Source of the DNA: Sphingomonadaceae bacterium | Lineage (GTDB): Bacteria > Pseudomonadota > Alphaproteobacteria > Sphingomonadales > Sphingomonadaceae | DNA length: 64,000 nt | Assembly: GCA_029268145.1 (NCBI GenBank) | Contig: JAJUHA010000010.1 | Location: 2,055-66,054 of the forward strand | Direction of reading: 5' to 3' | Part shown: piece after piece, positions 55,021 to 64,000 of the stretch | Layout of the letters: each line of letters starts with the position of its first letter | Position numbering within the stretch: the stretch's first letter is position 1 | The notes under the pieces: generated by a model | The model's database searches: none | Told to the model about the DNA's origin: nothing | What the model saw: only the letters and a program-made list of their open reading frames with translations | Translations under genes and position numbers: made by a program

Positions 55021-57486
55021 ATGCACGCGCCCGATCCGGAGGCGCGGCCCGCCCGGGGCCGCTGGCTCGCCCGCCTTGCGACCGGCACCGCCGGCCTCCT
55101 CCTCGTCGCGCTGCTCGCCGCCGGCCTCCTCTGGGCCACCATCTTCCGCGACCTGCCCGATGCCGCGCGGCTCGCCGCCTACCAGCCGCCGCTTCCCGCC
55201 CAGGTCCGCAGCCGCACCGGCGAGCCGCTCTTCAGCTTCGCCCGCGAGCGCCGGATCTTCCTGCCCTACGAGGAGATCCCGCAGACCGTCATCGATGCCT
55301 TCCTCTCCGCCGAGGACCGGACCTTCTTCTCCCACGGCGGCCTCGACTTCCCCGGCATCGCCGCTGCCGTCGTCACCAACGTCCGCGGCCTCTTCACCGG
55401 GCAGGAGCGCCCGGTCGGCGCCTCCACCATCACCCAGCAGGTCGCCAAGAACCTGCTGCTTTCCAACGAGGTCACGCTGACCCGCAAGATCCGCGAGGCG
55501 ATCCTCGCCCGGCGGATCGAAGAGTTCCTCACGAAGGAACAGATCCTCGAACTCTACCTGAACGAGATCTTCCTCGGCCGCAACGCCTACGGGGTCGAGG
55601 CCGCCGCGCGCACCTGGTTCGGCAAGCCGGCCTCCGGACTCGCTCCGGAGGAGGCCGCCTTCCTCGCCAGCCTCCCCAAGGCCCCTTCCGCCTTCGATCC
55701 CCGCAGGAACTACGCGCGCGCGCTCGAGCGCCGCAACTGGGTGCTCGGCGAGATGGTCGCCAACGGCAAGCTCCCGCGGAGCCGGCTTTCCGCGCTGCAG
55801 GCGCGTCCCATCGCCGTCGTCGCCGAGCCGCGCGCCATCGCCAACGTGGCGCCCTACGGCGGCTTCTTCATGGAGGAGGTCCGCCGCCAGCTCATCGCCC
55901 GCTTCGGCGAGACCGCCGAGGATGGCCCCAACAGCCTCTACGCCGGCGGCCTGTGGGTCCGCACCACCATCGACCCCGTCATCCAGAAGGCCGCGGAAAA
56001 GGCCCTGCGCGACGGCCTCGTCCGCTACGACCGCGTCCGCGGCTGGCGCGGTCCGGCCGCCAGCATCGCGCTCGGCGAGGGCTGGCAGGCGCGGCTGCGT
56101 GCCCTCAACCTCCCCGTCGGCTACGAGAGCTGGCGCGCCGCCGTCATCCTCGCGGCCGAGCCAGGCCGCTTCCGCCTCGGCTTCACCGACGGCTCCACCG
56201 GCATCATGTATGCGGGCGATGCCGCCATGGCCCGCGGCGGCGTGCCGGCCCACCAGCAGCTCAAGCCCGGTGACGTCATCCCGGTCGCGCGCACGGGCGC
56301 GGGCAGCTGGGCCCTGCGGCAGATCCCCCTCATCTCCGGCGCCCTCGTCGTCCAGGAGGCCCACACGGGCCGGGTGCTCGCCATGGTCGGCGGCTTCGAT
56401 TCGCGCGGCTCCAGCTTCAACCGCGCCACCCAGGCCCAGCGCCAGCCGGGCTCCACCTTCAAGCCCTTCGTCTACGCCGCCGCGCTCGACAACGGCATGA
56501 CGCCAGCGAGCCTCGTCTCCGACGGCACCTTCTGCGTCTACCAGTCGGCGCGCCTGGGCCGCAAATGCTTCCGCAACTTCGGCGGCGGCTCGGCGGGTCT
56601 CCAGACGATGCGCTGGGGCCTCGAGCAGTCGCGCAACCTCATGACGGTCCGCATCGCCTCCCAGACCGGCATGGACAAGGTGGTCAAGACCGCGAAGGAT
56701 CTCGGCATCGGCGACTATCAGCCGGTGCTGGCCATCGCGCTCGGCGCCGGCGAGACGACGCCGATGAAGCTCGTCAACGCCTATGCGATCCTGGTCAATG
56801 GCGGAAAGGCGATCGAGCCCGTCCTGTTCGATCTCGTCCAGGACCGCAACGGCAGGCCCATCTTCCAGGCCGACACCCGCCGCTGCACTGACTGCCGCGC
56901 GCCCTGGAAGGGCCAGGCCATGCCGCGGCCGGTCGACACCCGCCGCCAGGTCATCGACGCCCGCACCGCCTACCAGGTCGTCCACATGCTCGAGGGCGTG
57001 GTCGAGCGCGGCACCGCCACCCGTCTCAACTCCCTCGGCGTTCCCCTCATGGGCAAGACCGGCACCACCACCGGCCCCAGGGACGTCTGGTTCGTCGGCG
57101 GCACGCCCGAGATCGTCGCCGGCCTCTACATGGGCTTCGACACGCCGCGGAACCTCGGCGGCTGGGTCCAGGGCGGCAATGTCGCCGTCCCCGTCTGGCG
57201 CGACTGGTACACCAGCGTCTGGCCGGCGGACCCGCGCGAAGACCGGCCCTTCCTCGCCCCGGCCGGCATCCGCATGGTCCGGATCGACCGCCGGTCGGGG
57301 CGCCGCGTCTTCGGCGCCTGGCCGTCCGACGCGCCCAGGGCCGCGGTCATCTGGGAAGCCTTCAAGCCCGAGACCGAACCGCGTCGCATCATCGCCCCGC
57401 CGCCGCCGCGCGACATCGCCTCCGGCGCCGGCCGCCGGATCCGCACCGACAGCGACTTCCTCGCCGAGCAGGGCGGGCTCTACTGA
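55021..57486 (+). CDS. mrcA: penicillin-binding protein 1A (bifunctional glycosyltransferase/transpeptidase)
   Basis: 821 aa. GT51 motifs EDRTFFSHGGLD and RKIREA; transpeptidase motifs STFKPF and KTGTT. Confidence 0.9.
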   Translation: MHAPDPEARPARGRWLARLATGTAGLLLVALLAAGLLWATIFRDLPDAARLAAYQPPLPAQVRSRTGEPLFSFARERRIFLPYEEIPQTVIDAFLSAEDRTFFSHGGLDFPGIAAAVVTNVRGLFTGQERPVGASTITQQVAKNLLLSNEVTLTRKIREAILARRIEEFLTKEQILELYLNEIFLGRNAYGVEAAARTWFGKPASGLAPEEAAFLASLPKAPSAFDPRRNYARALERRNWVLGEMVANGKLPRSRLSALQARPIAVVAEPRAIANVAPYGGFFMEEVRRQLIARFGETAEDGPNSLYAGGLWVRTTIDPVIQKAAEKALRDGLVRYDRVRGWRGPAASIALGEGWQARLRALNLPVGYESWRAAVILAAEPGRFRLGFTDGSTGIMYAGDAAMARGGVPAHQQLKPGDVIPVARTGAGSWALRQIPLISGALVVQEAHTGRVLAMVGGFDSRGSSFNRATQAQRQPGSTFKPFVYAAALDNGMTPASLVSDGTFCVYQSARLGRKCFRNFGGGSAGLQTMRWGLEQSRNLMTVRIASQTGMDKVVKTAKDLGIGDYQPVLAIALGAGETTPMKLVNAYAILVNGGKAIEPVLFDLVQDRNGRPIFQADTRRCTDCRAPWKGQAMPRPVDTRRQVIDARTAYQVVHMLEGVVERGTATRLNSLGVPLMGKTGTTTGPRDVWFVGGTPEIVAGLYMGFDTPRNLGGWVQGGNVAVPVWRDWYTSVWPADPREDRPFLAPAGIRMVRIDRRSGRRVFGAWPSDAPRAAVIWEAFKPETEPRRIIAPPPPRDIASGAGRRIRTDSDFLAEQGGLY

Positions 57487-57555
57487 ACCCCCGGCAACCC
57501 ATTCCCGCCAGGGCCGTTCTTCCGCCCGTCACCGGCATCCGCTAGGGACGTCGCG

Positions 57556-58311
57556 ATGTCCGCCGCCCTGCCCGCCCTCCTGCTTGCCGTGCTCGCGGCC
57601 GGCGCCGGCTGGTTCCTCGTCCCGCTCGCCGCCCGCCGCCTCGGCGAACGGCGGCTCGCCGCCCGCTGCCGGGCCGGGCGCGCCATCCTCCTCAGCTACG
57701 ACGACGGCCCCGGCGCCACCCTCACGCCCGCCCTCCTCGACCTTCTCGCCCGCCTCGGCGCGCGCGCCACCTTCTTCGTCCGCGGCGACCATGCCGAAGC
57801 CCATCCCGCCCTCGTCCGCCGGGCACTCGCCGAAGGCCATGCCGTCGGCCACCACAGCCACGCCCACAGCAACGCCTGGAAGACGCTCCCGCACCGCCAC
57901 GCCGCCGACATCGCCCGGGGCCGCGCCGTCGTCACGGCCCTCGGCGGAGATCCGCGCCTCCACCGCCCCACCTACGGCAAGCAGACGCTCGCCTCCTGGC
58001 TCGCCGCCCGCCTCGGCGGCGTCACCCTGTGCTGGTGGACGATCGACCCGCGGGACAGCTGGGCCCCGCGCCCCGTCGCCGACGTGCTGGCCGCGATCGA
58101 CCGGGCCGGTGGCGGCGCCGTCCTCCTCCATGATTTCGAGGACTATCCCCGCCTCGCCCCGGCCGACCGGGCCGGCCACCCGGCGCATGTGCTGGCGCTC
58201 ACCGAGGCGATCGTCGCCCACGCCCGCGCCAGGGGCTTCCGCCTCGTCACCTTCGCCGATCTCGCCGAAGCCCCCGCAGCCGCCGTCCGGCCGGCGGCCC
58301 GGCCGGCATGA
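57556..58311 (+). CDS. polysaccharide deacetylase (NodB homology) family protein
   Basis: 251 aa with an N-terminal TM segment. NodB motifs LSYDDGP and HAVGHHSHAH. Confidence 0.8.
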   Translation: MSAALPALLLAVLAAGAGWFLVPLAARRLGERRLAARCRAGRAILLSYDDGPGATLTPALLDLLARLGARATFFVRGDHAEAHPALVRRALAEGHAVGHHSHAHSNAWKTLPHRHAADIARGRAVVTALGGDPRLHRPTYGKQTLASWLAARLGGVTLCWWTIDPRDSWAPRPVADVLAAIDRAGGGAVLLHDFEDYPRLAPADRAGHPAHVLALTEAIVAHARARGFRLVTFADLAEAPAAAVRPAARPA

Positions 58312-58805
58312 GCCGCCGCCCCCGCGTCCTCGCCCTGTCGTCCACTGGCGGCCACTGGGTCCAGCTGCTCCGCCTCGCCCCCGCCTTCGACGGCTGCGAA
58401 CTCCACTATGCCACCACGGTCGCCGAAAGCCGCGACCAGGCGCTCGCCGCGGCGCGCGCGCGGAACCAGCCCGCGCCCGGCTTCCACCTCTTCACCGATG
58501 CCAACCGCTGGCAGAAGCTCCGCCTGCTGCGCCAGGCGCTCGAGCTTGCCGCCATCCTCCTGCGCGTCCGCCCCCACGTCCTCGTCACCACCGGCGCCGC
58601 CCCCGGCTATGTCGCCATCCGCCTCGGCCGCCTCCTCGGCGCACGCACGGTCTGGATCGACAGCGTCGCCAATGTCGAGGAGCTCTCGCTCACCGGCCAG
58701 CTCGCCGGCCCCCACGCCCATCTCTGGCTCACCCAGTGGCCCGAACTGGCGCGGCCCGGCGGGCCGCAGTTCCTCGGCAGCGTGCTCGGCGGTCCGGCGG
58801 CATGA
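58308..58805 (+). CDS. Alg14-like glycosyltransferase membrane-anchor subunit (PssD-like)
   Basis: 165 aa; SSTGGHWVQL and VLVTTGAAPG patterns. ATG overlaps the upstream stop. Confidence 0.7.
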   Translation: MSRRPRVLALSSTGGHWVQLLRLAPAFDGCELHYATTVAESRDQALAAARARNQPAPGFHLFTDANRWQKLRLLRQALELAAILLRVRPHVLVTTGAAPGYVAIRLGRLLGARTVWIDSVANVEELSLTGQLAGPHAHLWLTQWPELARPGGPQFLGSVLGGPAA

Positions 58806-59293
58806 TCTTCTTCACCATCGGCACCCACGAGCCCTTCGACCGCATGGTCCGGGCCGTGGACGCCTGGGCCGCAACCTCGGGCGCCGACGTCTTCGGCCAG
58901 ATCCCCGAGCCGGGCGCCTCCGGCTACCGCCCGCGCCACTTCCCCTTCGTGGCGCGGCTCGCGCCTGCCGCCTATGCCGCGAAGGTGGAGGCCGCCGACT
59001 TCCTCGTCGCCCACGCCGGCATGGGCTCGATCATCACCGCCCTCCAGCACGGCAAGCCGATCCTCGTCATGCCGCGGCGCGGCCACCTCAGGGAAACCCG
59101 CAACGACCACCAGTGGGCCACCGCCAGCCGCCTGCGCGCGGTGCCCGGAATCACCGTCGCCGCCGACGAGACCGAGCTTCCCCGCCTCCTCGACGACCTC
59201 GTCGCCCGGGGCGGCACGGCGCCTGCGCCGCTCTCGCCCTGGGCCGAGCCGCGCCTCCTCGAGGCGCTCGCCGCCTTCATCCACCAGCGCTGA
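58802..59293 (+). CDS. Alg13-like glycosyltransferase catalytic subunit (Glyco_tran_28_C, PssE-like)
   Basis: 163 aa from ATG 58802 (ATGA overlap). MIFFTIGTHEPFDRM...AHAGMGSIITAL...GKPILVMPR. Confidence 0.75.
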   Translation: MIFFTIGTHEPFDRMVRAVDAWAATSGADVFGQIPEPGASGYRPRHFPFVARLAPAAYAAKVEAADFLVAHAGMGSIITALQHGKPILVMPRRGHLRETRNDHQWATASRLRAVPGITVAADETELPRLLDDLVARGGTAPAPLSPWAEPRLLEALAAFIHQR

Positions 59294-59365
59294 CCGCCCC
59301 GCTCACGCCTCCGCTCAGGGCCCGCTCACCGCCCGGCGCACCGCCCGGCGCCCCCCAGCCCGGCC

Positions 59366-60709
59366 TCAGGCCTTGGTCACCCTGTCCATCGGCAGCCCGC
59401 GCCGGGCCATCGCGTTCCGGGTGTCGACGACGAGCCGTCCCGAGGCGGCGATCGCGGCATAGTCCACCGCGTCATGGTCGGTCGCGATCAGCACCAGGTC
59501 GCACCCGGCAAGCCCGTCGGCGAGCGGGACCGACTGCCGCCCGAAGAGCCCGGGATGCTCCCGCATCCGCGGGATCGCCGGCACATGCGGGTCATGATAG
59601 GCCACCTCGGCGCCCGCCTCGAGCAGCAGCTCCACCAGCCTCACCGAGGGGCTCTCGCGCATGTCGGGCACGTTCTTCTTGTAGGAGATCCCGATGATGA
59701 GGATCCGCGCGCCCGAAAGGCCCCGGCCAAGCGCCCGGTCCATCACGGTGCGCACCCGGTTCACCACGTGGCGCGGCATGCCCACGTTGATCTCTCCGGC
59801 CAGCTCGATGAAGCGGGTCGAGATCTCGTGCTCGCGCGCCTTCCAGGTCAGGTAGAAGGGGTCGATCGGGATGCAGTGGCCGCCCAGCCCGGGGCCGGGG
59901 TAGAAGGGCATGAAGCCGAACGGCTTGGTCGCCGCCCCGTCGATCACCTCCCACACGTCGATCCCCATGGCGTCGTAGATGAGCTTCAGCTCGTTGACGA
60001 GCGCGATGTTGACGGCGCGAAAGACGTTCTCGGTGATCTTCACCGCCTCCGCCGTCGCCGTCGAGGACACCGGCACCACCCGGTCCACCACCTGCGCGTA
60101 GAAGGCCTCGACCAGCGCGCCCGCCTCCGGCCCGTCGCCGGCCACGATCTTGGGGATGGTCGCGGTCCGATAGCGCGCGTTCCCCGGGTCCTCCCGCTCG
60201 GGCGAGAAGGCGACGAAGAAGTCGCGCCCCGCCGTCATCCCGCTCTCCTCCAGGATGGGCGTCATCACCTGCGAGGTCGTCCCCGGGAAGGTCGTCGACT
60301 CCAGCACGACGAGCGTGCCCGCGCGCATGTGCCGGGCGATGTCGCGCGCCGTGTTCTCCACATAGGAGAGGTCCGGCTCGCGGTGCCGCGTGAGCGGCGT
60401 CGGCACGCACACGATGATGACGTCGCACTCGCCGAGCCGGGCGAAATCGGTCGTCCAGGAGAAGCGCCCGGCCGCGTTCACCTCGCGCAGGGTCGCCGCC
60501 TCCACCGCCTCGATGTAGCTCGTCCCGGCATCGAGCAGCACCATCTTCTCGGGATCGATGTCGAAGCCGATGACCCGCCAGCCCCGCCCCGCCGCGGTCA
60601 CCGCCAGCGGCAGCCCCACATAGCCCAGCCCGATCACCCCGACGACTGCGGTCCGCTCGCCGATCCGCTCCCGAAGCGCCTCAAACGGCGTCGCATCCGA
60701 TCTCGCCAT
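59366..60709 (-). CDS. nucleotide-sugar dehydrogenase (UDP-glucose/GDP-mannose dehydrogenase family, UDP-N-acetyl-hexosamine type)
   Basis: 447 aa from ATG 60709. Rossmann GVIGLGYVGLP; catalytic region with GLGGHCIPIDP. Confidence 0.85.
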   Translation of the reverse strand: MARSDATPFEALRERIGERTAVVGVIGLGYVGLPLAVTAAGRGWRVIGFDIDPEKMVLLDAGTSYIEAVEAATLREVNAAGRFSWTTDFARLGECDVIIVCVPTPLTRHREPDLSYVENTARDIARHMRAGTLVVLESTTFPGTTSQVMTPILEESGMTAGRDFFVAFSPEREDPGNARYRTATIPKIVAGDGPEAGALVEAFYAQVVDRVVPVSSTATAEAVKITENVFRAVNIALVNELKLIYDAMGIDVWEVIDGAATKPFGFMPFYPGPGLGGHCIPIDPFYLTWKAREHEISTRFIELAGEINVGMPRHVVNRVRTVMDRALGRGLSGARILIIGISYKKNVPDMRESPSVRLVELLLEAGAEVAYHDPHVPAIPRMREHPGLFGRQSVPLADGLAGCDLVLIATDHDAVDYAAIAASGRLVVDTRNAMARRGLPMDRVTKA

Positions 60710-60841
60710 GTCCACCAGAACGCCTTCTCGCACCCAAGCTTGCGCCCGCATCCGCCAGACCTCGGGCTCCGAGGCCCGACTCGGCTGCGGCAGTGGCGCC
60801 CGTTGCACAGATGCGCGCGCCGCGCCACCGCGCATGGCGTC

Positions 60842-62347
60842 ATGCTCCTCCTCCCCGTCCTCGGCGACCAGCTCGGCACCGGCCTCGCCAGCCTCGAGGG
60901 CGCCGACCGGTCGCGCGCGGTCATCCTCATGGCCGAGGTGATGGAGGAAGCCCGCTACGTCCCCCACCACCGGCAGAAGCTCGCGCTCGTCTTCTCCGCC
61001 ATGCGCCACTTCGCCGAGGCGCTGCGGGCCGATGGCTGGCGGGTCGACTACCGCCGCCTCGACGCGGAGGGCAGCCTCGGCAGCCTCGACGCCGAGATCC
61101 GCGCTGCCGCCAGCCGCCACGGCGCCACCGCCATCCGCATGACGGAAGCCGGCGAGCACCGGGTGCGCGCCCTCCAGCGCGCCATCCCCGGCGCCGAGAT
61201 CCTTGAGGACGACCGCTTCCTCGTCAGCCTCCCCGCCTTCGCCGCCTGGCGCGCGGGCCGCCGCCGCCTGCGCCTCGAGGAGTTCTACCGCTGGCAGCGC
61301 CGCACCACCGGCATCCTCATGGAGGGCGATACCCCCGTCGGCGGCCAGTGGAACTATGACGCCGAGAACCGCAAGCCCCTGCCCCGGGGCCTCGTCCCGC
61401 CGCCTGCGCCCCGCTTCGCCCCGGATGCCGTCACCGCGCAGGTCCTCGCCATGGTCGAGGCCCGCTTCCCGGCCAACTTCGGCACGCTCCACCGCTTCCA
61501 CTGGCCCGTCACCCGCGCCCAGGCCCTCGACGCGCTCGCCGACTTCGTCATCCACCGCCTCCCCCGCTTCGGCGACCATCAGGATGCGCTCGCCCACGGC
61601 GAGGAGACGCTCTTCCACTCCCTCCTCTCGCCCGCCCTCAACCTCGGCCTCCTCGCGCCGCGCGAGCTCGTCGACTCGGCGCTTGCCGCCCACGCCGCCG
61701 GCCATGCGCCGCTCAACGCCGTCGAGGGCTTCGTCCGCCAGATCCTCGGCTGGCGCGAATATGTCCGGCTAATCTACCTCGCCGAGGGGCCGGACTATGT
61801 CCGCCGCAACGCCCTTGCCGCCACCCGCCCGCTGCCCGCCATCTACTGGCAGGGCAACAGCGGCATGGCCTGCTTCGACGCGGCCTTCGCCCAGACCCGC
61901 GATCTCGCCTACGCCCACCACATCCAGCGCCTCATGGTGCTCGGCAACTTCGCGCTGCTCGCCGGCGTCGATCCCTTCCAGGTCCACGAATGGTTCCTCA
62001 CCGTCTATGCCGACGCCTATGAATGGGTCGAGGCGCCCAACGTCATCGGCATGAGCCAGTGGGCCGATGGCGGCCTCCTCGGCTCCAAGCCCTACGCAGC
62101 CTCGGGCGCCTACATCCGCCGCATGGGGAACCACTGCCGCCACTGCCGCTTCGACGTGACCGCAAAGGCAGGCGCGGGCGCCTGCCCCTTCAACCGCCTC
62201 TACTGGGACTTCATCGCCCGCAACGAACCGCATTTCGCGCGGAACCAGCGCATGTGGCGCACGCTCGACACCTGGCGCCGCTTTCCGCCCGAGCGCCAGC
62301 AGGCCATCCGCGCCGACGCCGCCGCCGTCCTCGACACGATTTCCTGA
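60842..62347 (+). CDS. cryptochrome/photolyase family protein, FeS-BCP / prokaryotic (6-4) photolyase type
   Basis: 501 aa from ATG 60842. The Cys pattern MAC...HC-x2-C-x12-C (GNHCRHCRFDVTAKAGAGAC) matches the [4Fe-4S] ligand spacing of PhrB/CryB-type proteins. WREY and YAHHIQRLM motifs. Confidence 0.85.
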   Translation: MLLLPVLGDQLGTGLASLEGADRSRAVILMAEVMEEARYVPHHRQKLALVFSAMRHFAEALRADGWRVDYRRLDAEGSLGSLDAEIRAAASRHGATAIRMTEAGEHRVRALQRAIPGAEILEDDRFLVSLPAFAAWRAGRRRLRLEEFYRWQRRTTGILMEGDTPVGGQWNYDAENRKPLPRGLVPPPAPRFAPDAVTAQVLAMVEARFPANFGTLHRFHWPVTRAQALDALADFVIHRLPRFGDHQDALAHGEETLFHSLLSPALNLGLLAPRELVDSALAAHAAGHAPLNAVEGFVRQILGWREYVRLIYLAEGPDYVRRNALAATRPLPAIYWQGNSGMACFDAAFAQTRDLAYAHHIQRLMVLGNFALLAGVDPFQVHEWFLTVYADAYEWVEAPNVIGMSQWADGGLLGSKPYAASGAYIRRMGNHCRHCRFDVTAKAGAGACPFNRLYWDFIARNEPHFARNQRMWRTLDTWRRFPPERQQAIRADAAAVLDTIS

Positions 62348-62410
62348 CGGAATCCCGAGCGCCAAAGCCGCGGCCTGGCGCGCTACAGGCGGCCCCCGGG
62401 AGGTTCAGCC

Positions 62411-63949
62411 ATGGAGTTCGCCCGTCTCGCCGACCTGACGGCCCACTGGGCCACGGCCACGCCGCAGCGCACCGCCATCCTCTACGAGGACAGCGCCGAG
62501 ACCTGGGCCGGGCTCCACGCCCGCGTGCTGGCCGCCGTCGGCGCGCTCCGCCGGGCGGGCGTGAAGCCAGGCGACCGGGTCGGCCACATGGGCCTCAACC
62601 ACCCCGCCTACGTCGTCCTCATGTGCGCCTGCTTCCGGCTCGGCGCCATCATGACCCCCATCAACTGGCGCCTCGTCGCCGGCGAGGTCGCCTATGTCCT
62701 CAATGATGCGGGCATCGGCCTCCTGCTCGCCGACCGCGCCTTCGGCCCGGTCATCGCCGGCGCCGGCGTCGCCGGCCTCACCATCGTCTGGACCGACGAG
62801 TTCGACGCCTTCCTCGCCGATGCCGCGCCCGATGACGGGCTGGCCGAGACCGGCCCCGAAACCGTCGCCCTCCAGCTCTACACCTCCGGCACCACCGGCT
62901 TTCCCAAGGGCGCGCTCCTCACCAACCGGAACCTCCTCGGCACCATCGCCAAGGGCGCGCTCACCGGCGAATCCTGGTCGCTCTGGCGCGACGATGACGT
63001 CGCGCTCGTCGCCATGCCGCTCTTCCACATCGGCGGCACCGGCTGGGCGCTCCACGCGCTCCATGCCGGCGCCACCATGGTCATCCTGCCGAAGCCCGAG
63101 ATCCCGGCCATGGTCGCGGCCATCACCCGCCACCGCGTCACCCGCATGTTCGCGGTCCCGGCCGTCCTCAACATGATCCTCAACGACCCGTCCGCCCAAG
63201 GCGCCGACTTCGCGTCCGTCCGCGCCCTCCTCTACGGCGCCTCGCCCATCCCCCTGGATGTCCTCTCCCGCTCCATCGCCCGCTTCCCCAACGCCCGGTT
63301 CGTCCAGTGCTACGGCGCCACCGAAACCTCGGGCACCGTCGTCTACCTCCCGCCCGAGGACCACAGCGTCGAGGGCAACCCGCGCATGAAGGGCTGCGGC
63401 AAGCCCTTCCCCGGCAACGAGATCCGCATCGTCGATTCCGACATGCGCGAGCTGCCACGCGGCACCATCGGCGAGATCGCCATCCGCTCGGTCTCGGTCA
63501 TGGCCGGCTACCACGACAAGCCGGAGGCCACCGCGAAGGCGATCCGCGACGGCTGGTATCTCTCCGGCGACGCCGGCTCCATGGACGAGGACGGCTATCT
63601 CTACATCCAGGACCGGGTGAAGGACATGATCGTCTCCGGCGCGGAGAACATCTACCCGGCCGAGGTCGAGAACGCCCTCCACACCCATCCGGCCGTCCGC
63701 GACGCCGCCGTCATCGGCGTCCCCGACCCGAAGTGGGGCGAGGCGGTCAAGGCCATCCTCGTCCTGAAGGAGGGCATGCACGCCACCGCCGAGGAGATCA
63801 TCGCCCACTGCCGACCGCTCATTGCCGGCTACAAGATCCCGAAGTCGGTCGATTTCGTCGCCGAGCTGCCGCGCAATCCCTCGGGCAAGATCCTCAAGAA
63901 GGAGCTCCGCAGGCCCTACTGGGAGAGCATGGACCGCCAGGTCGCCTGA
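62411..63949 (+). CDS. AMP-dependent acyl-CoA synthetase/ligase (long-chain-fatty-acid-CoA ligase-like)
   Basis: 512 aa. AMP-binding motif YTSGTTGFPKGA; later GWYLSGD and the C-terminal PRNPSGKILK. Confidence 0.9.
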   Translation: MEFARLADLTAHWATATPQRTAILYEDSAETWAGLHARVLAAVGALRRAGVKPGDRVGHMGLNHPAYVVLMCACFRLGAIMTPINWRLVAGEVAYVLNDAGIGLLLADRAFGPVIAGAGVAGLTIVWTDEFDAFLADAAPDDGLAETGPETVALQLYTSGTTGFPKGALLTNRNLLGTIAKGALTGESWSLWRDDDVALVAMPLFHIGGTGWALHALHAGATMVILPKPEIPAMVAAITRHRVTRMFAVPAVLNMILNDPSAQGADFASVRALLYGASPIPLDVLSRSIARFPNARFVQCYGATETSGTVVYLPPEDHSVEGNPRMKGCGKPFPGNEIRIVDSDMRELPRGTIGEIAIRSVSVMAGYHDKPEATAKAIRDGWYLSGDAGSMDEDGYLYIQDRVKDMIVSGAENIYPAEVENALHTHPAVRDAAVIGVPDPKWGEAVKAILVLKEGMHATAEEIIAHCRPLIAGYKIPKSVDFVAELPRNPSGKILKKELRRPYWESMDRQVA

Positions 63950-64000
63950 GGGGTCGAGCGCCGCGCCATGGCCTTCACTGCCCGCCTCCTCCTCCTCGGC

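Noticed and set aside
63968-64000. Start of a further plus-strand ORF (MAFTARLLLLG...) at the window edge
   Set aside because: Only 11 codons are visible, which is too little to support a call.

Overview
High-GC (visibly about 70% G+C, not computed) alphaproteobacterial chromosome segment, Sphingomonadales-like by gene content, which is an impression only. Because of the GC content, most long ORFs in the six-frame track are antisense or overlapping artefacts. I kept about 70 genes that have recognisable motifs, sensible starts or translational coupling. Content: (1) 1-31 kb and 49.9-64 kb hold housekeeping and accessory metabolism: uppP fragment, gltD-DUF2059-gltB, a P450/thioesterase/ABM operon, a Nu-class GST interrupted by an in-frame TGA, AlkA, MmcB, DJ-1, tRNA-Leu(GAG), KAS III, SRAP, DPP-IV, TelA, an M16 protease, OmpA, dcd, the cobA-DUF2849-cysI-DUF934-cysH sulfate assimilation operon, PBP1A, a small glycan locus, an FeS (6-4) photolyase-type protein and an acyl-CoA ligase. 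(2) 16.4-19.0 kb holds an SOS-type cassette: an alphaproteobacterial LexA box, a radical-SAM DNA repair/modification protein and a DUF4130-UdgX fusion. (3) The main item is a ~17.8 kb minus-strand RcGTA-type gene transfer agent head-tail cluster (31325-49172). It departs from the R. capsulatus reference in several ways: a three-gene beta-helix spike-like module inserted between the capsid and connector genes; a 570-aa N-terminal extension fused in frame to the g12 distal tail protein, with an SD-preceded internal start; a short g15; a small 2-TM ORF and a triple hairpin between terminase and portal; and a divergently transcribed cI/XRE-like regulator across a low-GC, repeat-bearing intergenic region. 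No CRISPR array, rRNA, transposase or integrase was seen.
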